A stretch of DNA of 64,000 nucleotides from Candidatus Dojkabacteria bacterium. GTDB lineage: Bacteria; Patescibacteriota; Dojkabacteria; J137. Positions 19,642 through 29,144 of the stretch are shown piece after piece. Position 1 is the first letter of the stretch. The number at the start of each line of letters is the position of its first letter. The stretch covers positions 569,924 to 633,923 of the forward strand of contig AP024679.1 of the NCBI GenBank assembly GCA_025999215.1. Direction: 5' to 3'. The notes under the pieces were generated by a model that ran no database searches, had not been told where the DNA came from, and saw only the letters and a program-made list of their open reading frames with translations. Both the position numbers and the translations under genes were made by a program.

Positions 19642-20313
19642 ATGGGGATTTTTGATCCAAAACAATTAAGTACACAGGATCATTTAGATATTGAAGATAT
19701 TAGAGATGATTTGGTGGTTCTCAAAAATGGTCAAGTTTCGCTTGTAATTGAAACATCGTCGTTGAATTTCGATCTGTTGGATACTAAAGAACAAGATGCT
19801 AGAATCTATTCTTTTGCGCAATTTTTAAATTCAATTAGATTTCCTATACAAATAGTAATTAGAACTCAAAGAACTGATATAGCAAAATATCAAAAACTGC
19901 TTGATAATTATAAAAGTAAAATTAATTCGGAACCACTTTACAACCAAGTTAGCATTTATCAAGAATTTATTGATAATTTAACCGAGTCTACACAAATTTT
20001 AGACAAGAGGTTTTATACTGTAATTCCCTCTATGAAACTGCCTGTAGTTAACACTAGCTGGATTAAACAGATTTTTAGCGGAAAAAAACAAATTGTAAAT
20101 ATAAATCAAATTGTTTCAAAAGCAAAGGAAGAGTTGTATCCTAAAAGAGATCATATTATAAATCAGTACTCAAATTTAGGTGTACAAGCCAAACAGCTTA
20201 CTAATGATGAATTGATAAAATTATATTATTCTGTTTATGAACCTGATAGAAGCGGTCTAGAAGTCTTAGACTTAAAAGAAGAAGACATCAAAGAAGATTT
20301 AATTGGAATTTAA
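19642..20313 (+). CDS. VirB4-associated conserved protein (TraC N-terminal-like)
   Basis: STQDHLDIEDIRDDLVVLKNG, LNFDLL and FLNSIRFPIQIVIRT; directly upstream of the ATPase. Confidence 0.7.
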   Translation: MGIFDPKQLSTQDHLDIEDIRDDLVVLKNGQVSLVIETSSLNFDLLDTKEQDARIYSFAQFLNSIRFPIQIVIRTQRTDIAKYQKLLDNYKSKINSEPLYNQVSIYQEFIDNLTESTQILDKRFYTVIPSMKLPVVNTSWIKQIFSGKKQIVNINQIVSKAKEELYPKRDHIINQYSNLGVQAKQLTNDELIKLYYSVYEPDRSGLEVLDLKEEDIKEDLIGI

Positions 20314-20318
20314 AAAAT

Positions 20319-22172
20319 ATGAGACTTTTTCCGAAAAAACAAAACAAAACGAACAACAAAAACTTGAATGACAAAGAGCAAGAGATAATTAGCAAAGAGC
20401 AAAATGTTGTTAAGAAGTTTGCGCAAGGTTTGATTAGTATCAAAGATATTATTGCGCCTTCAGCTTTAGAAGTTAATTTTAACCATTTAGTTATTGGGAG
20501 TAAATATTTTAGATCATATTTTGCTGTTTTGTTTCCTAGAGTTGTTTATCCTAATTGGCTAGGCCCTTTAATAAATTTCGAATATCCTGTAGATATTAGT
20601 ACATTTTATTATCCTCACGAAACTTCTGAGATTTTGAAAATTCTAAAGCGAAAAATTGCTGAAATGCAAGCAACTATTAACATTGAGTTACAAGCAGGTA
20701 GGCAAGCTGATCCACAGATTAAAGTAAGTCTTGATGATGCTTTAAAATTACAAGCTCAACTTGCTTCAGGAAATGAAAGATTTTTTCAATATGCTCTCTA
20801 TATTACTGTTCATGCTGATACTCTTGATGAGCTTGAAAAAGTTTCAAAAAGTTTGGAATCTACTATGGCAGGTATTGGTGTTATTATTAAAGTAGCAACA
20901 CTTCAGCAAGAAGAATGTTTTCAATCTACAATTCCATACGCACTAGATAAAATTAGAATGTTTAGGAATTTAGATACAACAGCAATAGCTACAACCTTTC
21001 CATTTGTTAGTAGTGAATTGACAATGGAGAAAGGAATATTGTATGGAATAAATATGCACAATAATTCTTTAGTTATCTTTGATCGCTTTTCATTGCCCAA
21101 TGCAAATTCTGTAGTTTTGGCAACATCTGGAGCAGGTAAATCATACGCTGTGAAGCTTGAAGCTGTAAGATCTTTAATGCTCGGGATTGATATAATTGTG
21201 ATTGACCCTGAAAAAGAGTTTGATAGATTGTGTAATGCTGTAGGTGGAGAGTACATATCTTTTTCTCAAGATGGATCACAAAAATTAAATCCTTTTGAAC
21301 TATCTCAGATATATTCAAAAGACGAGGACGAACTAAGGTTTAAACTCCTTTCGCTTCGAGGTTTAATGAAAGTTATGATGGGCGGTTTAACACCTGAAGA
21401 AGATGCTATTTTAGATAGGGCCTTAATTTTAACTTATAAAGAAAAAGGAATTACACCTGATCCATCAACTCATAGCAATGAACCGCCGTTACTTGAAGAT
21501 CTTTATAAAATTTTAAATGCCATGGCAGAAGAAGAGGCTCATAGTATGGCAACGAAACTAGAAAGGTACTTGAAGGGATCAGCTTCAGGAATTTTTGATC
21601 AAAGATCCAACGTTGATATTAGAAATTCATTTACTGTTTTTAGTATTAGAGATTTGGCAGATGACTTAAGGCCAATAGCCATGTATATAATGCTTGACTA
21701 CATTTGGAACAGAATTAAAAGAGACAAAAGAAAAAGATTGTTAATTATTGATGAAGCGTGGATTATGATGCAATATCCAGAAGCAGCGCAATTTGTTTAT
21801 TCCATAGCTAAAAGAGCTAGAAAATATGCATTAGGACTTACAACAATTACACAAGATGTTAATGATTTCATAGAATCACCGTATGGTAAGGCAATTGTTA
21901 ATAACTCAAGTATGCAGTTTCTACTTAAACAATCTCCTGCTGCAATTGATCAATTGCAAAAAGTCTTTTATTTGACTGATGGTGAAAAATCATTTTTACT
22001 TTCAGCAGGCATTGGTCAAGGTTTGTTTTTTGCAGGAAGCAATCATGTGGCGATTCAGACAATTGCTAGTGAAAATGAGCATAACCTAATTACTACGAAT
22101 CCAAACGAATTACTTAAACAGTTACAGCAAAGTGAGACTGGAGATCAATTAGATATAACTTCTCAAAGCTAA
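20319..22172 (+). CDS. VirB4/TraE-like ATPase
   Basis: Walker A ATSGAGKS, VIDPEKEF, Walker B IIDEAW, KRARKY and ITQDV. Confidence 0.9.
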   Translation: MRLFPKKQNKTNNKNLNDKEQEIISKEQNVVKKFAQGLISIKDIIAPSALEVNFNHLVIGSKYFRSYFAVLFPRVVYPNWLGPLINFEYPVDISTFYYPHETSEILKILKRKIAEMQATINIELQAGRQADPQIKVSLDDALKLQAQLASGNERFFQYALYITVHADTLDELEKVSKSLESTMAGIGVIIKVATLQQEECFQSTIPYALDKIRMFRNLDTTAIATTFPFVSSELTMEKGILYGINMHNNSLVIFDRFSLPNANSVVLATSGAGKSYAVKLEAVRSLMLGIDIIVIDPEKEFDRLCNAVGGEYISFSQDGSQKLNPFELSQIYSKDEDELRFKLLSLRGLMKVMMGGLTPEEDAILDRALILTYKEKGITPDPSTHSNEPPLLEDLYKILNAMAEEEAHSMATKLERYLKGSASGIFDQRSNVDIRNSFTVFSIRDLADDLRPIAMYIMLDYIWNRIKRDKRKRLLIIDEAWIMMQYPEAAQFVYSIAKRARKYALGLTTITQDVNDFIESPYGKAIVNNSSMQFLLKQSPAAIDQLQKVFYLTDGEKSFLLSAGIGQGLFFAGSNHVAIQTIASENEHNLITTNPNELLKQLQQSETGDQLDITSQS

Positions 22173-22201
22173 AAAATAATATTGATAAGAAAGTTCGCTT
22201 T

Positions 22202-23317
22202 TTAGAGTAATTTTTCTATTTCATCACAAATTTTTATTGCTGCATTTGAGGGCACATTAATTTTCTTGTTTTGTTTAACTTTCAGTAGTTTTTCAATATT
22301 TTTAAGAATATCATAAGAATTAAAGTTATCATTTTGCTCCATTATAATTGTTATGCCATTTTGCTCTAAAAATTTTGCATTTTTATATTGTTCTTGGTTG
22401 GATACCCAAGGTATTGGAACCAAAATTGATTTTTTGTTGAGATAAGCTAATTCGGTGATAGTATTAGCCCCTGCTCTTGCAATCACAATATCTGAAAATT
22501 TTAAAGCTTCACTCATTTCTGTAGAATTTAAATAATCGTAAGCTTTATATCTATAAACTTTCTTTTTCTCAAATTCCTTTTGTAAATTTAAAGCTTTTTG
22601 GTAATCATTTGTTACTGTAGAATTTCCTGTTTGATGCAAAACATTATATTTTTCTATAAGTTCATCAATAATTGAAAAAATATTTTGATTAATAAAATGA
22701 GCTCCTTGATTTCCTCCAGTTATGAAAATTAATGGAACCTTATCTTTAAATTTCGTGATAGTTTTGTTAGATGGAGGTTTTAAAATTTCTTTTCGTAGCG
22801 GATTACCAGTAAGAATTGTTTTGTTTTTGGGAAAATATTCAAGTGATTCTTTCCAACTCACAAAAACTCTATCTGCAAATTTTGAAATAATTTTATTTGC
22901 AAGTCCTACAACAACGGTTTGTTCATGAGTAACTATTTTAATATTCATCAATTTAGCAATTAATACAATTGGTAAAGCTATATATCCACCAAATGAAACT
23001 ATTATTTGAGGTTTTTCTTTTTTCAAAATTAATATTGCGTTGATTATACCTACAAATATCAAAAGTAAATTTTTTATTGAAGGAAATAGAGTTTTCAAGC
23101 TCCAAACTCTGCTGAGCTTTCCCGCTTTGAGATTGTAAAATTTTATGTTTTTAGAAGTAATAATGTTGTATTCTGCTGAAGGGTTTTTATTACCTGTTTG
23201 ATTATACTTTGCACCAACCCAAATTATTTTGTTATATCCTCTTGCAATTAATTCATCTAATACTGCTAGAGCTGGAGTTAGGTGACCTCCTGTTATTAAA
23301 ATTTTAGTTTTGTTCAT
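22202..23317 (-). CDS. murG: Lipid II N-acetylglucosaminyltransferase
   Basis: ITGGHLTPA, SFGGY, HEQT..GLANK, TGNPLR, TGGNQGA and RAGANT. Confidence 0.95.
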   Translation of the reverse strand: MNKTKILITGGHLTPALAVLDELIARGYNKIIWVGAKYNQTGNKNPSAEYNIITSKNIKFYNLKAGKLSRVWSLKTLFPSIKNLLLIFVGIINAILILKKEKPQIIVSFGGYIALPIVLIAKLMNIKIVTHEQTVVVGLANKIISKFADRVFVSWKESLEYFPKNKTILTGNPLRKEILKPPSNKTITKFKDKVPLIFITGGNQGAHFINQNIFSIIDELIEKYNVLHQTGNSTVTNDYQKALNLQKEFEKKKVYRYKAYDYLNSTEMSEALKFSDIVIARAGANTITELAYLNKKSILVPIPWVSNQEQYKNAKFLEQNGITIIMEQNDNFNSYDILKNIEKLLKVKQNKKINVPSNAAIKICDEIEKLL

Positions 23318-24187
23318 ATCCTAAACTTCTAGTTAAATTTCTTAATAAGCATGCAATTGTAATTGGACCAATACCACCGGGTACTGGTGTTATATAACTA
23401 ATTTTATTTTCAATTTTTTTATTGACAATGACATCACCATAAACTTTGTCATTAACTTTCTTGCTAGTTACATCAATAACTATTGCGTTTTTTTTAAAGA
23501 AAGTATGATCTAGTAATTGTGTTTGACCTGTAGCTGTAACAACTATATCCGCATTCTGTGTTATTTTTTTGATATTTTTAGAAAATTTATTTAAAATTGT
23601 AACACTAGCATTACACTTTAGCAAGCAACCCAGAAAGTGGTAAGCCTATCAGATTTGAATTATTTATTATAACAACATTTTTACCAGCAAAAAAATTATT
23701 AGTTGAATCAAAACTAGAGCTCTGTAATATTTTTCCAGGTTAAATTTTCATTTGTCGTAAAATTTATTGCTTCAAGTATTGCTTCAACAGTTGCTGGTGG
23801 TGCACTAATACTTGATAAGTTGATTAACCATTCCTTGCATATGAGCGCTTAAACCATCTACATCTTTTGAAACTTTTACACTGTTTAGTACTCTAAATTT
23901 ATCAATATGTTTAAAAAGTGGTATTTGAACCAAGATTCCATCAATTTGTTCATCATTATTCCACTTGCTTATTATATTAATACAATCTTTTGTTTTTGCA
24001 TTTTGATTCAGTTTTTCTACAATTACATTTACACCGTATTCTATAGCTTTTTCTTTTTTGAGTTCAACATAGTGATGTGCTGATTGATCGTTTGTTGCAA
24101 GCAATACAGCTAGTGTCTTACCTTTAAGTTTTGATAAACACCATCTAAAATTTTATTTGAAATTTCATACCCATCAATTAATACCAT
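23304..24187 (-). pseudogene. folD: Methylenetetrahydrofolate dehydrogenase/cyclohydrolase broken by 4 frameshifts (pseudogene or assembly error)
   Basis: Successive frames give MVLIDG, GILVQIPL, KDVDG, PPATVEA, GKNVVIINNSNLIGLPL, ADIVVTATG and ITPVPGGIGPIT. Confidence 0.85.
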
Positions 24188-24278
24188 TTTTGATTTAGCT
24201 AAACACGAAATTATAACATAAAGTTTTGATAAAATTTTTTGGTAGTTAAATGTCAAAAGTGTTATAATTAAGATCGTA

Positions 24279-24354
24279 GCGCGAGTAGCTCAACGGATAG
24301 AGCAACTGCCTTCTAAGCAGTAGGTTGTGAGTTCGAATCTCGCCTCGCGCACCA
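24279..24354 (+). tRNA. tRNA-Arg(TCT)
   Basis: gcgcgagtagctcaacggatagagc...actgc-ctTCTaa-gcagt...GTTCGAA...cgcgcACCA; TGTTATAAT at 24260-24268. Confidence 0.97.
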
Positions 24355-24372
24355 TGATGATATAAAAAAATG

Positions 24373-26283
24373 TTAATTTTGCAGTTTAAATTGTATTTCT
24401 TCTAATATACAGTTCAAGATGCTAGTTGCTTCTTCATCATTTTTAAATTTTTCTAGAGTTTCATTAATATATTGAAGAGCTAAGTCATATCTATTCATTT
24501 CCATGTAAATATAAATAATATCTATGTGTGCTATGAAATAGTATTTATTTATAGATAATGACTTATTAAGATAGTCTATTGCTTCATTGTATTTTTGTTG
24601 ATCTTTTAAAATCATGGCTAGCATGTGATAACTTTCTGCTTCATCACCAACTTCTTTTCTACAAAAATTTAATGCTTCATCATAGTTTCCCATTGCAGCA
24701 TATAACTCTGCAATTTGGGTATATGATATTCCTCTTGGGTTTATTTGTTTAGCATGTTCGAAAGCTTCAATAGCTTTATCGTAATCTTTATTTATTAAAT
24801 AAATTTTACCTAGCTCAATGTAAGATTTATAATGAAAAGGATTAATTGAAATAGCTTTTTGAAAATTTTCAATTGCGTTATTAATATTAGCTTGATCATT
24901 GTAGACGCATCCTAACATAAAGTAAGCGTTAGAATAATTAGGATCAATATTTAGTATAATTTCAAGTAATTTTATTGCAATATTGTATTTTTGTTTTCTA
25001 TAAAAAATTACTGAGTTATTATTAAGTATTACTAAAAGTAAACCTTCTTCAGGAGAGCGTAAAGTGACATTAGTTCCCCATTCTGGTATATAAAGTGTCT
25101 GATTGTTTGATAAATTTGTTTTTATGTCTATTTCTCTTAATAAAGGTAAAGGTCTAAAATTCATATTATTACCATAGGGCGTTAAGTCCATAAGATAAGC
25201 TGTACCATCACTTGTAAAGAAAACTATTGCTGCATGATCTTCTGAGTGTATTAGTAAACAATCTATATCTAATTCTTGGAGTAATGATATACCTAATAAT
25301 GAAGCCCCAACACAGTTTATAGTTTTTTTAATATAAATGTCTGTGGGATTAAACTGTTCTTTTTCATAGTTGTAATTGTTGACAATATATTTTTGAATCA
25401 TTTGTGCAAATTTATATTCAGCCTCTGAAATAATACTTATATTTCCGCCATTTCTTAAATTTTGTATTTCTAGTTTTCTAGCTTCTATATCGAGAATTTG
25501 GTAAAGTGACCTCATTTCTTCATTTGTTGGTAAATACATCAATAAAAACTTCATTCCAAGATTTAAAATTAAAGAATACATAATAAGGGTTGGTTTTTGT
25601 GAAAGATTTTGAAGTAATTTTTGGGTTAATTGATTGCTATTGAAAGGGTAGGTTTTATTTCTACTTAAGGTATAAAACCACAACCTAAGATATCTTTTTC
25701 TAATATTTGTTAGATTGTGGTTTAAATACTCTTTATTTATTCTTTTATTGTAATTTGTTGATCCTAAAAGATATTTATCAATTTCTTCTAATTCTTCTGA
25801 GGATAAATATAAATCTTCAGCGTAAAGCGAATTATTACTAAAGCTTTTACCTTGAAGCAGTCTACCATATTTATATAAATTATTTGCAATATTACTTGCA
25901 ATTTCATTACCTTCAGTAATTTGATCACTATGTATGTGTATATATATCCCTAAATTTTCTACAAATTTTGCAAATGATAAAATTTTTGATTCATTTTTTT
26001 CATTAAGACTTCCAAATGATTTTTTTATTACTTGTTCGATAATTTTTAGTTCTTCGTATCTTAAATCATTTGGTATAGTTAAAACATAGACTTTATCTAC
26101 ATTCTCAAAATTTTCAATATTTAGTGTTATTAAATCATCTGAACTTCTTTCTTTCCTATTAACAAAATTAACAACAATACAATTAATTTCACACCACCAC
26201 AATAAAATAGTCATAAACTCGTCATCTACTCGCTCCGAATCTATAAACCAACTTTCATGTTTTCGATGATCATAATTTTCCAT
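24373..26283 (-). CDS. Transglutaminase-like (SirB1-like) domain plus TPR-repeat protein
   Basis: NCVG...EDHAAI...LMDLT putative Cys-His-Asp; several TPR units (AYFMLGCVY, SYIELGKIY, SYHMLAMIL). Confidence 0.75.
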   Translation of the reverse strand: MENYDHRKHESWFIDSERVDDEFMTILLWWCEINCIVVNFVNRKERSSDDLITLNIENFENVDKVYVLTIPNDLRYEELKIIEQVIKKSFGSLNEKNESKILSFAKFVENLGIYIHIHSDQITEGNEIASNIANNLYKYGRLLQGKSFSNNSLYAEDLYLSSEELEEIDKYLLGSTNYNKRINKEYLNHNLTNIRKRYLRLWFYTLSRNKTYPFNSNQLTQKLLQNLSQKPTLIMYSLILNLGMKFLLMYLPTNEEMRSLYQILDIEARKLEIQNLRNGGNISIISEAEYKFAQMIQKYIVNNYNYEKEQFNPTDIYIKKTINCVGASLLGISLLQELDIDCLLIHSEDHAAIVFFTSDGTAYLMDLTPYGNNMNFRPLPLLREIDIKTNLSNNQTLYIPEWGTNVTLRSPEEGLLLVILNNNSVIFYRKQKYNIAIKLLEIILNIDPNYSNAYFMLGCVYNDQANINNAIENFQKAISINPFHYKSYIELGKIYLINKDYDKAIEAFEHAKQINPRGISYTQIAELYAAMGNYDEALNFCRKEVGDEAESYHMLAMILKDQQKYNEAIDYLNKSLSINKYYFIAHIDIIYIYMEMNRYDLALQYINETLEKFKNDEEATSILNCILEEIQFKLQN

Positions 26284-26601
26284 TTTTTATCATTATTAAT
26301 AATTTACATGAAAATTAAAAGTTGAATTCAATTATAACATGTTTTAAAAAAATAAAAATAAATAAAAAAACAAATAAATTTGTAGAGAAGTTTAATCCAT
26401 TAATACAAAATTTAGATTGTAGTATAACTATTTTATTAAGAGATTGAATAATAATTTGATTAAAAATAGTATTTTCATTTTATTTAATAATATAGTATTA
26501 CTAAGCAAAAAATTTAACACTCTAAAATGACTTTTTTATTAATACGAAATTAAATTTTGTGATGGATTTATGAGTAACTGGATTTTAATATAATTTTCAA
26601 A

Positions 26602-27000
26602 TCACTTGCTTTTATAACCAAATTTTTTTGCAATTTCACTCAAAGTTTTTAAATAACTTTCAACTTCACCACCACTTACATTTCTATTTTCATGAATTAG
26701 TTTGTTTCGAGCAATGCGAAAATTGTGCAATTTTGATTTTAATTTTTTATCTGAAATTTTATTTATTAATTCAAATGACGTGTAATTTTTACCAAATTCA
26801 TTTTTAAGAATTGTTTCTAAAGCTATGAAAGCATTGATTAGTGCTCCCTCATTGTCCTTTTCTCTAAATTTTTTAAAGGCAATATTATATTTCGTAGGAA
26901 GGGTCTTTTTTTCGTTTTTGTTAAATAAAATTGCAAAAATAAAAAGAGTAACTACTGATACTATTAAAATGAAAATTATGAAGTTATTTTCAAAAAGCAT
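26602..27000 (-). CDS. Small membrane-anchored protein with HEPN-like motif
   Basis: N-terminal TM; AFIALETILK helix; RIARNKLIHE (RxxxxH). Confidence 0.6.
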   Translation of the reverse strand: MLFENNFIIFILIVSVVTLFIFAILFNKNEKKTLPTKYNIAFKKFREKDNEGALINAFIALETILKNEFGKNYTSFELINKISDKKLKSKLHNFRIARNKLIHENRNVSGGEVESYLKTLSEIAKKFGYKSK

Positions 27001-27006
27001 CTACTA

Positions 27007-27025
27007 AATATAACAATGGTATAAT
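27007..27025. promoter_or_regulatory. Back-to-back extended -10 promoters for divergent leaderless genes
   Basis: TGGTATAAT 27017-27025 is 5 nt before ATG 27031; TGTTATATT on the minus strand (27007-27015) is 6 nt before ATG 27000. Confidence 0.6.
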
Positions 27026-27030
27026 ATAAC

Positions 27031-27828
27031 ATGAAAAAACTAATTTTTGTTATATTAACCTTTGTTGTTTTATATTCATTCTATCAATTAGAATTCGTAA
27101 AAACAGGCAATGATAATTTTTCGGAAACGGAAGTTACAACTAGTTTAGCTCAAACTGAAGAAAATGAGTTTATTTTTGATGATTTTGTTGCTTATTACTT
27201 GAAAGATCAAGAAATATATATCGTTAAATTATCTAATTTTCAAAATCTTAATTTGTTGTATGATCCCACAAATACTAAAAGTTTAAAGGAAATTATTGAA
27301 AGTAATAACTTAAATTTTGCAATAAATGGTGGATATTTCACTGATGAAAAAAAGCATGTGGGAGGTTTAATAATTAACTCTGATATCATAAACAATTTTG
27401 CAAACAATGATCAACTAACTCATGTGGTAGCATTAGATGAGCAACATTTAGAGCTTAGTTTTTATTCATATGAAGATTTTATAAATCTTGATAAAAAAAA
27501 TTTTAAATTTGCTTTTCAAACAGGACCGATTGTCATTAATAAAGGTATTATTGAATATGATTTTATAAACAATTCTTTAAACGGAAATGAGAAAGCTTTG
27601 AGGTCTTTAATAGGTAAAAATAATTCAAATGAATTGATTTTTATTGTCACTCGCAAAGTCTACGATTTGCAAACTTTAGCAGAAATTTTATTTGAAGAAG
27701 AAATTTTAGGTAATGAAGTCACACTAATCAATCTTGATGGTGGATCTAGTGTTGCAATGTATTTGAAAAATCTAGAAAAATTTCAAATCAACGAAAATAA
27801 AATTCTACCGAATCTTATTACTTTTTAA
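27031..27828 (+). CDS. Phosphodiester glycosidase (NAGPA/DUF2233) family exported protein
   Basis: AINGGYF, FQTGP, RSLIG and INLDGGSS. Confidence 0.85.
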   Translation: MKKLIFVILTFVVLYSFYQLEFVKTGNDNFSETEVTTSLAQTEENEFIFDDFVAYYLKDQEIYIVKLSNFQNLNLLYDPTNTKSLKEIIESNNLNFAINGGYFTDEKKHVGGLIINSDIINNFANNDQLTHVVALDEQHLELSFYSYEDFINLDKKNFKFAFQTGPIVINKGIIEYDFINNSLNGNEKALRSLIGKNNSNELIFIVTRKVYDLQTLAEILFEEEILGNEVTLINLDGGSSVAMYLKNLEKFQINENKILPNLITF

Positions 27829-28949
27829 TTTTTAGTTAAAACTATTTTAAATAAACCAAAGAAATTAATAATGAGAGCTAATGAAATTATTAAAACTAAT
27901 TCGTTTCTATATTCATCTACAAAATTTATCTGCGTTGATGATAATGTTAATGATTGATTTGTTGCTTGATTAGCAAAAACAGTTTTTTGAACACATCTAT
28001 TTTGTAAGCAAGAATAATTGGTATCGCAGGTTATATTTGACTCAATAGAACAAAATTGATCAAGAGTTGCTACACATCTACCATCAGGGTTAAGACATCT
28101 GTTATTTTGACAAGTTAAGCCTGTACTACAATTACTATCTATTATGCAACTTTCACCACAGACTTTAACATTAGTGAGAGAGTTTAAATTTTGGTATTTT
28201 GAAATGTAATCTCTAAATTTGCTAACCCTTACAGCTATAGCGCTATTTCCAATCGCACAGTACTTATCTTTTTCACCAGGAAGTTCAAGTACTGCCGATA
28301 AAATTCCAACTACTTGATTTGTCCCTGCTTTAAAAATTGGACTTCCACTATCACCAAAGCAAACTCCTCCACTTTCGCCACTGATATAAAGACTATTACC
28401 ACTGAAGCCTTCTATACATAGTGAATAACTTTTTCTTAACCTAACACCGGGATCAAGCAGAGAATCAATTTCTGTAGAACCATAACCAACAATTTCATAA
28501 CCACACCCTAGTTCTATATCAGCTATTTGAGCAATTTCAAAGTTTTGTGGACTAAATTTAACAATAGCAATGTCATAATTTCTGTTCTCACCATCCCAGC
28601 TAGGATGAATTATTACTTCCTTTACCTCAACATTTTCAGACTCAAGGTATGAAAATTCTTTTTCGCCTACATAAAAATTTTTACCATTTTCCACGCAATG
28701 AGCAGCAGTTATTGCAGTTGTATTATCAATAAAAAACAAACCGCAACTTCTTACAGTATTGCTATTTTCATAGGTAACTAAATATCCAGCCGATAAATAC
28801 CCTTTTTCATCTTTTCCACCATAAATTGCGCTACTATCATCAATTGAGCTGTTTTGTTGAAAATTGAAATATAATAATATTATAACAATCAAAACTATTA
28901 AGACTGTTAAAGATAAAAATTCAAAATATTTTTCAACTTTCTTTTTCAT
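27825..28949 (-). CDS. Trypsin-like S1 serine protease with Cys-rich domain and N- and C-terminal TMs
   Basis: IYGG, TAAHC, DIAI and CFGDSGSP. Confidence 0.92.
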   Translation of the reverse strand: MKKKVEKYFEFLSLTVLIVLIVIILLYFNFQQNSSIDDSSAIYGGKDEKGYLSAGYLVTYENSNTVRSCGLFFIDNTTAITAAHCVENGKNFYVGEKEFSYLESENVEVKEVIIHPSWDGENRNYDIAIVKFSPQNFEIAQIADIELGCGYEIVGYGSTEIDSLLDPGVRLRKSYSLCIEGFSGNSLYISGESGGVCFGDSGSPIFKAGTNQVVGILSAVLELPGEKDKYCAIGNSAIAVRVSKFRDYISKYQNLNSLTNVKVCGESCIIDSNCSTGLTCQNNRCLNPDGRCVATLDQFCSIESNITCDTNYSCLQNRCVQKTVFANQATNQSLTLSSTQINFVDEYRNELVLIISLALIINFFGLFKIVLTKN

Positions 28950-29002
28950 ATTAACATTCTATAATTTTTATGTTTAAAATGCTATAATTTAGTGTGATTT
29001 AT

Positions 29003-29076
29003 GCGCCTGTAGCTCAATTGGATAGAGCGCCGGTCTTCGGAACCGTAGGTTGTAGGTTCGAATCCTACCAGGCGTA
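29003..29076 (+). tRNA. tRNA-Arg(TCG)
   Basis: gcgcctgtagctcaattggatagagc...cggt-ctTCGga-accg...GTTCGAA; no CCA; TGCTATAAT at 28980-28988. Confidence 0.93.
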
Positions 29077-29086
29077 TTTTGTGTAC

Positions 29087-29124
29087 ACAAAAAACAGGGA
29101 GGATTAATCCTCCCTGTTTTTTGT
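29087..29124. terminator. Bidirectional intrinsic terminator (perfect 38-bp palindrome)
   Basis: acaaaaaacagggaggatt|aatcctccctgttttttgt between the convergent tRNA and surface-protein gene; T-tracts on both strands. Confidence 0.85.
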
Positions 29125-29144
29125 TGTGATGCGTAGTTATTTTT

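Noticed and set aside
26284-26601. ncRNA in the long AT-rich intergenic region
   Set aside because: No GC-rich stems or recognisable RNA family features
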